In this document: positions 53,501 through 64,000 of the stretch, in pieces
Layout of the letters: the number at the start of each line of letters is the position of its first letter
Numbering within the stretch: the stretch's first letter is position 1
Origin: Gnetum montanum
Lineage: Eukaryota; Plantae; Gnetophyta
Assembly: GCA_015680685.1 (NCBI GenBank)
Contig: MNCI01000270.1
Coordinates: forward strand, 875,321 to 939,320
DNA: 64,000 nucleotides
Direction: 5' to 3'
The notes under the pieces: model-generated
What the model saw: only the letters and a program-made list of their open reading frames with translations
The model's database searches: none
What the model was told of the DNA's origin: nothing
Program-made: the position numbers and the translations under genes

Positions 53501-56500
53501 GACTATGCTAGCCAACCTAGTCCCAATGAGAAATGATCATGCTAACACACAACCAATATCCAAAATCAACTATCCTAGGCCAAAACCTTAGCCAGGAACA
53601 CCACTAACCCCAAGAACCCACAAGCTTGGTCAATTGATCATGAAAACCCAATTAGATCCAATATTTTTATGTGACTATGCTAGACCAAGCTATGACTACA
53701 TGGAATACTGTAGTCCTAATGTAGTCCTTACTCTAGAGCACTACAACCATAAAAAACTGTTCATCCTAAGTCAAAACCCTAGCTGTAAATAGCAATGACT
53801 CAAGGACCTAAAAACTTAGTTAATCAACCACAAAAATCCTCCAAAAGTCAAGATTCACATGGTACTATGTTGAGGCAACCATAGACTACATTGGCCAATA
53901 TAGTCATGAACCTAAGATGGTTTGATTGATACTACATAGCTTAAAATGATATAAAATTTAATTCAAGAAGTCCAAAAACCTTTAAACCTTGAAGATAGTC
54001 ATAGTTTGACCTTGTTTGATGATGAAAAGCTCAAAAATTATCCCAACTATGCTTAGATAGGCTAGGACTATGTTGGCCATCATAGTTCTAATGTAGTCAT
54101 GATGTTGGGCAAGTTTGACCAGTGCCATAACACTTTGAATGATTCAAAAATTGGCTTGAAAGCCTAGAGTCTAACTTGATCCTACCTAGCTGCAATTCCA
54201 CCTTATTTCTACAATGAAAACACTAGATTTAGTTGATCTACATTGGGATGATACTAGACTACACTAGCCAATGTAGTCCAATGGGAAATGGTGTCAAAAA
54301 TCACTTTTAGTAGCCTATTTTACCTTTCAAATGTTCAATTTAGACCATCCAAAACCCTATGCTACCCTAGGAAGTTGACAAAGAACTATTTTTAACCCTG
54401 AAACCTCATAAATCCAATTTTCACATGCATTTATGCTGGCCAATGTAGTCACTAGTTTTGGCATTATTTCTAGCTTCTAGAGGGTGAAAACGAAGTTAAA
54501 ATGCACCAGTCTTCAACCCCAATTTTCCACACAAGTCATACATACCATCAAGAACTCAACAAGGGCCATAAAAAACCTAAAAAATCATCTATTGTTACCA
54601 ACAATGCTAGGGCCTGGGCTAACTACACTAGTCATCATAGTCCCTAGGAGAGCCCAATGTAGTCACAATAAAAGGTCTTAATTTGGACATCGAAAAGCCT
54701 CCAAACAACCTCATCAAGTGCCTAAACTCACCTGTCAACCTTGTAGACCAATACCATGGCTCAAAAAGGCCTAAAAATGGAAAAATATAATCCTATTTGA
54801 TCAACATTGGGCATATTTTATCATATTTTTTACACCTTGGCTCATTTGTCCTTGTTCCATTGTACTTCAACTTGTTTTGACCTTGTTGGCCTTATTCGAT
54901 CACCATTTCAACATCAATTGGCCTCATTTGGCTTCTACTTAGTTTTAGTTTCACTATTTCTACTTATTATCTCTCTTGTGACCTGAGTTAACCTTGTTTG
55001 ACCATCAATTTGTGTTACTGGATGGGGTTTGACCATCCTTGACCATCATTTGATGCCATTCGACCATGATATGGCCCCCTAAGACCTAAAACTAGTAAAG
55101 TGTAACCATAATTAACCATGCTTGACTTTATATTGCCCCTAGTGAGCTCCGTTGACCATGTTGTGACCTATTTTGGTATCTATTTAATTTGTTTTATTCC
55201 AATTTTACTTTATTATTAGAGAATTTTGCATTGTTTTGGCATTATTTAATCATTTTATCACACAGTTGCCACTTGATGTGCTTATGTTGTCATGCAAGAA
55301 TGAGCTAGAAGAATCAAGAAGGCAATTTGACTAGCCTTAAAGACTACATGGACCCCTCTCATGATGTTGTTAAACCAATTTAACCTAAAATATCTAAGCA
55401 CTAAGCCTCGAGATGATTCTATCATACAACATTAACCTCTTGAGGTAGCTTGATGACCATTAACCTTGAAGCCAAAAGCATCATGAAGGGTCCCTTAGTC
55501 AAAGTTCCCATCTAAGACCACGATGGTGAGGAGAAAACACATGAAACCAAGTTCCTCACTATAACTTAACCCTACTCAAGACAACATCAAACCCTTGTAA
55601 TGCAACATTAAATCCATCACATAACCTTGATTACATCTAGCACTTACATGTTTTCTTATAATATTATTTATCATTGTTGATAGGTTACAATGAATGAACA
55701 ATGTTAATGATGCCAATGGGATACAATAAGTGAATTTGCATGCCCTCTCTATCTCTTCTTGTTTGACAAAAAGAATGAATTACAAACCTTTGTGAATCCA
55801 ATGCACATCACACAAATATCTCTCTATGTTATAACAATAGTGACCTATGGTAACTTGGTTAGCTACTTGTCTTGTGTGACCTTATGAATTATCTTATAAT
55901 AACATGTTTTATTTATCTTAATTTCTTGTTCTCCTAAAGTTGTGCTTGTAGGATGCAGTGTGAAGTCATGCAAAGGACCAACTCATTACTACAAAAAGTT
56001 ACCATGTGACCTTGGTGCATGAGATTTGGTTAGTTTGTCTTGCCATACCAAGAGTGCTTGTTTTGTAATCCCCATCATTACTCTTCTTAGAACCCAATTC
56101 CATAGCTTGATTATGACCTTTCTCATCCTAAATGACAATGGTAACTCATGTTTGACATTCATGCTTTATGGCCATTTGACATCTTCTTCATCATGCTCCA
56201 CATTTAAGTTTGTTGAATGTAAGACATCTCATTCAATAGGAAAATCAAATCAAACCAAGCCTTAGAAATAAACCCATATGAAGGTTTCATCCCCTAAGAA
56301 AAGAAAAATAAAATTTCCAAGAAGCCAAATGGCCAATGAGGAACAAAAGATAAACCAATGGCTCCAAACACACAAAGGGAGAAACCTAATGGCCAAAGAA
56401 ACCTTGGAGTAAGGCATTGGTTCCTCAAAAATATTACTAAGTGGCCAACACTTCAAAGCACAAAGCATGAATTCTTAATTGTTTTTTCAACCTATTAGTG

Positions 56501-56759
56501 CCATACCATAGCCATGGTGTCAACTTGTGGAACTCATTATTAACCCCCATGATCATGTCTTTGTGCAACAAATATAACCTACAAATTTTACCACCTCATC
56601 ATAACCTTATACTATTATCACAAGAACTCTTTAGCATGGTTCAACACTACAAGATTAAGTGTGGAGAGGAAATGTTGATGATGGGCTTACAATACTATTT
56701 TTTATTCTTTGTTGATGTCTCTTGGGTCAATCCTCCAAACATTAACAAAGAGGGACCGA

Positions 56760-58066
56760 TGAAACACCACCTAAAGAATGCATGTTGTAACATACAACCT
56801 TAACCATCCAATTTGAGGTAATATTTTATTTTCATGTGTGATTTGTAACCCATGAGTTGCCATCTTGCATACCATAACTTTTTGGGATTGAAAAATGTCT
56901 CATAAGTTGCTACTGCCTCATTTCCCAAGTGAAAAAAGTAATGTCATGCCTATATTTGGGCTTGGGGAGGCTGAAAATGCTTTTGGAAATGCCAAATTTG
57001 GAATTTTATGGTTTTTTTTTGTGGTGGTATAGACTCAACTACATTGGAACCACCTACATCCAGTGTTGGTGATGTTGGGTCTTCATTTTCTAGCAATTCC
57101 TAGTGTAGTTACGAAAAACTCCAATGTGGATGTTTCAAGGCCAATGTTGGAGTTGTTGGGTTTTACATTTTTCCAACAATGGCCAAAATAATCCCAACAA
57201 ATTTTCAGCAATCTTCACAAGGCCAATGTAGTTAAGGTGAACCTAGAATAGTCACAAAAGTTTGTTTACTATTTTTAGTATGTGAATTTGTTTTGAAGGC
57301 TTTGGTGTATCAAAAATTGCTATAAATGATCAACTACATTGGGATAACAGCTTGCTACACTTGTAATCAACATCAATCTGTCAACAATCATGGCAAATAT
57401 TTGTAGCCCAAAATCAACAACATAAAACTTATAAAAGCCAAACATAAACACATTATTGAGGTTCTGCAATTTTGTACTATCTCAAGCAAACATTTGTGAA
57501 ACCCATAACATTTTCTTATAACCTTAAGAAATTTTGAAAGTAGTTTGGTATCTGTGTTAGGCACCAGAGACTCCCAACATGATACAATTGCATTAAGAGT
57601 GGAACACTACTTGCAACCAGAGTTGTAGATTTGAATAGAAACCAGCAAGAAGTTCTTAACGATTAGGGTTGGAAAGTAACTGGATCATGGAGTTTGATTG
57701 TAAAACACAACCTACTAGCTCCAACAAGCTTCAAGCTTTGTCCAAACAAGCTTCTTATGCATTTAAGCACACAATCTATATTTTTAAACTCTAAATTTTA
57801 AGAATTTTTTTCTATTTTAATAAAGTTTTTCAATTCATTCGTAGTCCAGATTTATTTCAAGTTTAATTTTTATGTTTATTTTCATTTGAATTTTTAGTTC
57901 TATTATTATTTCCATTTTCATTTACATTTTCTAAGTCCTTGGGTGATCAACTAGACCATCTAAGATACCTTGGATCTTGTTTCTTGGAGTTCCTTTGGAT
58001 CCAAGGTTAGGCTGTTCCACTTGGGATTCTCGATTCTTCCAGTGATCAATTTTTCTAAGTGCCACA
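56760..58066 (+). repeat. Element E 3' LTR (1307 bp)
   Basis: TGAAAC...GCCACA, preceded by a PPT and followed by AGGGG. Confidence 0.88.
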
Positions 58067-58872
58067 AGGGGTTACTTCATCATATATATGGCATCCTTTT
58101 CAACCATACAATGTGTAGGATTTATCCATGCCCCACTTTTGTGGCATAGCATCATCCTTATAATAGATGTATGGACAATGTCCTCTTTTCTTCCCTTGCT
58201 TTTTTGTTCTCTACTTTCACATACTATCACTTCTACTTTTCTTGTACTATATTTCTCTCTTTTGTCTTTCATTCCATCTTCGCATCTATTTCCATCCCTT
58301 TCTATATTCAACATTAGTGAGGCCTAACAAGTATTTCTTCCCAAATGTAGTGAGAAAGTATTAAGTGTAGAGTGACATAAAATGTCTAAAATACGCATAT
58401 ATGTGAGGTAAGGTAGAGGTTGGCTCTAGGGATCTAGTTGTGTCCCATTTCTATGACATAGAACCCCATCATTGATGTATTGTTAATGTTTCTAATATGC
58501 ATTTACTACTCTTTATTTCTCTCCATTTTTACCTTCCACTATCTTCCTTTCTTTCTCTGTTCCTTTTTCTTTTTATGCTCTACATTGTTGAGACCTAACG
58601 AATGTCTCTACTTTATTCCAATAATGGTGTGATTAAGAGAATTAAGTGGGTTAAGGAATCCTTTCTTTATATTTCTATGTGTACTTTCTAAAAATCCAGC
58701 TACATCCAAGTTCTATAACATAGAACTCCACTGTAGGTGTATTAGCGATATCCTAGACTTTTTCCCCTATTCTCCTACTTTATTAAATCATCTTGTAGGT
58801 ACGTATTAGCTTGTGTCATTTCTTGATAGATTTTTCTTTAGTTTTTTAGTAGTATCCATCAAGAGGGAACAA

Positions 58873-60163
58873 TGTTGTATCCACTTTGGCTTTTTTTTAG
58901 CTTGATTCAGAGACTTGGATGCATTTTATGGATTTTCAGCACTTGAGATAATCTTTAGAAATCTACATTTAGTATTTCATATCATTTCTAGTCTTCTATC
59001 TTCAACTTGCTAGAAAGGATGTCTTGTGTCATTATTCACATTGTTTTGGCTCCGCTTCTAGCTTTAATGTTTAGCATCAACTTTAATGTCAATTCATTTG
59101 TAACTTTTGATGTTTGACATCAAACCATCTTTTGACATCCTACATCAAACTTTCAATGTTCAACATAAGTTTTCATCAACAACTTTTTAATTTTTTACAT
59201 CAAACTTACTTTTAACATCATGTGTCATACTTTTAATGTCTAATATCAATTTCATCTTTCACATCTAACGTTAGCTATCATCTTTAGCTTTTGATGTCTT
59301 GCATCAACCTAGTTTTCACATCTTACATCGAATTTTTTGACATCTCGCATCAAACTTACTTTTGACATTTAATATCATCTGTTGTCTCTATCATTTGACA
59401 TCCTATATCATATTTTAAATGTCCAACATCAAACTTTCAACTCTAGATTATTTTTCCTCTTTAGAATGTTTTGAAAGCTTTTAGAAGATTCTATGGGCCC
59501 CATTGCATATTTCTTACATGATCTACAAGGCATTCTTGACCTATATATAGGAGGAGACTCCTAAAACTAAAGGAATTGGCATCTATAACCATCCAACTAG
59601 CATTTCAACTTTTTTAGATGCTTAGAGCTCATCAACACTTTCCTTTTAAGAGATCTACTGCTTATTTTAGTCCTCTTCTACTTTTCTTTCTATCTCTCCT
59701 TGCTGACATATTATATCCACTTTATGATATCCTTTTGATATTTGAAGATTTGTTGAAAATCATATGAACATATCGATCTTATCTTCCTTTTACTATCATA
59801 AAAGCAAGAATGGGGTAACATATCTCCTTGTGAAACACCTTTGATCTCTAGTAAATTTCTTGGAATATACTTTTGCATGTTCCTTTATCGTTTCCTATAA
59901 ATTTGGATATTCTATGTTGGAATCTCCTATCTCTAGTTTTTCCAATATTTTCTTTGGATTCATTCTATTCATGTTTTCCTTCTTGGTTTCCATGTATTTA
60001 TCTATAGATCTATTTTACTTTCATACTATTTTCAAACAATTTTCACTGCCAATCATACTTCTATATTATGCTACATTTTTCCCCTTTATTTAAATGCTTT
60101 CTAATGAATATTTTTACATGCATAATCCCTTTCTACTTGATTCCAACTAATGTTGGCAAAACA
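58873..60163 (+). repeat. Probable 3' LTR of host element C
   Basis: PPT AAGAGGGAACAA then TGTTG at 58873; internal TTTGACATC/ACATCAAAC repeats at 59070-59440; TATA box CCTATATATAGG near 59540; tentative end AAACA at 60163. No partner LTR in the window. Confidence 0.5.
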
Positions 60164-62459
60164 TCTAACTCAAATTGCTACATTTATCCTTCAATCCACA
60201 AATCCCATTTTAATTTGAAGGGAGAATACCCAAAAGGTTAGTTTTTTTGGAGCATTTGGTAGCCATAAACTATCTAGCTTAGTCTCATGTTAGCTTGTGT
60301 TGGTTTCTGTTTGTTACAATAATTCCTACCACAACACAAACCAAAACTAAAATAAGTTAAATTATATTTAAGATATAAAATAAAATAAAAGAATAATTTC
60401 ACTCTTCTACTCATATTTATGTCATCTTAGCTTCTTTGGAATTCTCTTCTTCTTCTTCTCTCTTCCAAATCTCAATGGATTTGATGATTTCTAGGATATT
60501 GGAAAGTTAGTGTTGTGTAGACTATAGTTCCTGAGTCTCAGTCTATGTTTTGGTGAACTTAGAACATCATTTGATTTGTGTTAGTATCTTGATATTGATA
60601 GTTATTTCAAATTCTAGTGAGTAGTCTTCATTGTTTCTTTGTTTTTATAATTTTAATCATTGTACATATTTATGGAATTAGTTTGGTGGGATGGTAGGAT
60701 TCAATTTAATCTTGTTAATGGCATTTGAAAATTATTTTCATATAGTCATGTTGCTTGTGGTATTGAAGTAGGATATACATGAGTAAAATATAGTCTAGGC
60801 TCTATGAATGGATTCATGTGATTCCTCCATTTCAATGAATGACCTATTTAGTTCTTAAAATAATAAGGTAGGTGGTATCGAGATAGTTGTTCCCTAGATG
60901 GGATCTAGAAGTAGTTGATGTTTGGGACTTGTTCTTATCAATGGTCCCATGTTCGTGAACTCTTGGGGCTTGTTTCTAGAGATAGAATGTTGTTACCCTT
61001 GTGAGATTCATGGAACCTCCTTTGTGAGGTCATGTTGTTGATAGATACCTTGGCCACTATGAATTGGAGATCATGGGTAGTAATGGCCAAGTGGTGTCCA
61101 TTCATAGTGGCAGTTGTAGCCTAAATCTTTCACTGATCTCAATCAATAATAACATTCATGTCTTGGTCTCTGTTTAGACTGATATTCATGCCTTGAAACT
61201 ACCATTGTCCAATGTAGCAACCATTGGAAATTTAAAAAATATAGCATAGTGATAGAGATTTATGTTGATCTCAATAGGGGCATTATAAAATGACATGAAG
61301 GTGTCTAGTGTCCTTTGCAAATGCATACCACACAAAACATTGACTAGTTATATAACTATTTCTGCAAGACATAGTGGGCACTTAAATTGGAGATCGTGGG
61401 TGGTAATGGCTAGGTGGTTGCCATTCATAGTGGGTAGTAATGGCCAAGTGGTGAGGGCATTACCATGTAGACATGGGCATTTGTGGCTACAAGGTGGTGG
61501 AGGAGTTATATAGGAGTTACATGTAGCAATAGAAATGGTGGCCATTCATGGTAGTGATTACAGTCATTACTAGTGTGGCCATTGTGGTAGAACTTGGGCA
61601 CCATTATTGGATGGTCATAGTGGCTATAAAAATGGGGCTTATCTCTTTCATAGGGGTTAGGGAGACATGCCTCAAAGGAGGCGACAATCTCTTTTTGTTC
61701 TTCTTCTGCCAAAAAAACTACAAAAGGAAGTTTCTCTTTCTTAGAAGGAAGATCTAGGGCTCTTACTATCAATCTTGAGGGGCAACTTCCTCTCCAGAGG
61801 TGGTGGTTTCCTCCTTTCTTTTCTTGTATTTTATAGGCTTCTAGATGATCTCCGAGGAGGGTCCAAGACAAGAGCTAGTAGCCCAAAATTAGATCCTTGG
61901 GCTCTCTACAACAGTGCAGAAGGGTTCTCTCTCTTTTTTTCTTTTGTCTACAGTAGTGCAACCCATGCGTAGGATGAAAGACATATGATTTTCTTTGGAC
62001 CAATAGCTTATCTCAGCAGTGCAAATGTGGGTAGACAATCTTTCTCTCTATGATGGTGCACAAAAGGTGGTAGATGGTGGCAAGCTTTGAATGACCGTAG
62101 TTGCTACCCTATGCAAACTACAGCAGGCAAGTCTCTCCTTTTCTCTTTTCTCTTCCTCCTCACTCCTTCTTCCTCTCTATGGCAACAGTGTTCCAGGCAA
62201 TGTACATGGCTGGTGGAACAACAAGACCAAGGAAAATTCATTTCTTTAGTTACTTATTGCATTCAAGACAATTATTTAATTTAAATTCTAGGTTTTCTTT
62301 TCTTAGTTTATTATTTGCAAAAGGCCATGTAGCCCTCTCCAGCTAAAACTATTCTTAGGTTTGCATACCCATATGAAAGGCATCCTAGGCAATAGTCTCC
62401 TAAAATGAGTTTTCTTTCCCAGTGTTGGTGCAACCAAAATTTATGCATCAACACCTTTT

Positions 62460-63436
62460 TGATGCTAGAAGGAGGGCCTGAACCTCCACTTTTTATTTAT
62501 TAGCTTTCCTTATCATTTTTCTAGTTGTTGCTATCCCATTTTCTAAAATATCTATTTTCTATCCTTTTCCTGTCTCTATTCTACTTTTATTTTCTGAAAA
62601 TTTCATTTTCCTTGTTTCAAACTTGTTTTACTTAAAATTTCTGTTTTCAGCCATTGTCTTGAAAAACCTTTTTTGAGAATTTTTGAGCTCTTTGTTTTTT
62701 GTTGTAAAAAGTTTATTTCTTGAAAACTTTTGGGTCTGATCACCGATTTTTCTTTAATCCCTTTTATTAAAAACTCTCATTTCTCAGTCCTATTTTTGAA
62801 TTTGTATTTTGGCGGTCCTTACCTTAGTCCTAAGATAGGTAAGGTGGTTTTATTTAATTATGCAATTTCAAATTTATTTTTTCTAAAATTTTGCATTTTA
62901 CTATTTGCCTTTTAATTTTATAAGTATTGCAATTTTATACATTTATTTTTCTTTTCAATATATATATATAGTTAAAAATATATAGCATAGTTTAGCTTTT
63001 TTTAACCAAAAAAGTTTATTATTTAAATATTTTTATTATTTAAATATTTTCTTTTCTTTTCTTTTGCATAATTTTATAGTTTTATTCTAATAATTATATT
63101 TTATAGCTTTGTTTTATGAGTGAACTCCCCTCTGCTTCTAATTGACCAATCACCCATCTCTTCGCATTAAGGAAATGACAAGCCTCATGTTTTTCAAGTT
63201 TTATTCCTAGGAAAACCCAAACAAGCATGGTAGCTAATCAACCCTCAGCTCCCTTGGTTAGCAACCCCCTTCAACTTCACTAATTATCATGATATCCCAA
63301 AATCACTTCAAAATATAAATTTGATTTTCAATCCCACAAACCCTATTAGTGATGCTCGCCAACACATACAATGTTTCGAAACCTTATTAGGGATCCACAA
63401 GATTTTCCAAAATGATGTGGCATGTAGAGTATTTGT
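62460..63436 (+). mobile_element. Element F: PBS, leader and gag start of another Tat-type element
   Basis: LTR-like end CATCAACA (62453), PBS TGATGCTAGAAGGAGGG, gag fragment YHDIPKSL...ARQHIQCFETLL...QNDVACRVFV. Confidence 0.72.
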
Positions 63437-64000
63437 TGAAACACCATGAAAATTACGGATCGGCCTCAGGCGAAGATTTGTAATTTGAGCGAGAACGCGC
63501 CTCGAATTTGTCTAAGGGCAAGTTTACGCTCTATCACGCACGGCAGCGTGATGAGCGTAATAAGTTGAGAGACAGTTAAAGGCGAATTTGTTCAAAAGAC
63601 AAGTTTACGCTCTATCACGCATGGCAGCATGATGAGCGTAATGAGTTCAGGGACAGTTAAAGGCGAATTTTGTCTAAGGACAAGTTTACGCTCCATTACG
63701 CACGGCAGCGTGATGAGCGTAATAAGCTCCAAAACAATTGAAGGCAAAATCCAGAGAGGCACGATGGGTTGGCACTTTTTCTTGCGGCGCATACATAAGT
63801 GGCCTTTACGCTCATTATGCGGCGGTGCGTACCAGTGCGTGGGTCATGATTCAAGTTGCACGCTCCTTACGCTCCACCACGCTCTGTTGCGTGATAAGCG
63901 TAAGTTATGCATTATTTACGCTTTATCACGTGCAGTTATGTGATGAACGTAAGTTGTACTTTGTTTACGCTTCACCACGCACGGTTGCGTAGTGAGCGTA
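63437..64000 (+). mobile_element. Element G: young CpG-rich LTR start with ~81-bp tandem units and palindromes, inserted in F gag
   Basis: Begins TGAAACACCA like the D and E LTRs; abrupt switch to CG-rich sequence; about 7 copies of TTACGCTC(T)ATCACGC-N6-GCGTGATGAGCGTAA. Confidence 0.72.

Larger units (their letters stand above)
25741..58066 (+). mobile_element. Element E: non-autonomous Tat-type LTR element (gag-protease, no RT or integrase seen), host of D
   Basis: LTRs 25741-~27035 and 56760-58066 are direct repeats starting TGAAACACCA. Flanks are AGGGA and AGGGG (TSD with one transition). PPT AAAGAGGGACCGA precedes the 3' LTR. Confidence 0.85.

Overview
Land-plant nuclear DNA, AT-rich and strongly depleted in CG and CHG. 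It holds one host gene, a WUSCHEL-related homeobox (WOX) gene on the minus strand at ~6.05-7.09 kb inside a CpG-retaining island. Nearly all the rest is a nest of decayed Ty3/Gypsy LTR retrotransposons. A (9404-~14630, -) is the 3' half of an Athila-like element with an env-like ORF. C (~14.7-60.2 kb, +) is an old Tat-type host element. Inserted in C's 3' region are B (18559-25474, -, TSD TGTGT), a gag-protease-only Athila derivative, and E (25741-58066, +, TSD AGGGA/AGGGG), a gag-protease-only Tat element. D (30174-49135, +, TSD GGTGG) is a full-length Tat element nested in E. At the right end a Tat 5' fragment (F) is interrupted by a young CpG-rich LTR (G). Best leads: (1) D carries a multi-exon antisense gene inside a ~6-kb spacer between protease and RT; (2) a covarying hairpin + AAACTRG motif is arrayed at both spacer ends and in the 3' UTR; (3) A and B share an exactly 61-nt intron before the env-position ATG; (4) the WOX homeodomain mixes clade signatures. 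Three single-N gaps are associated with probable assembly artefacts. All alignments and translations were done by eye.
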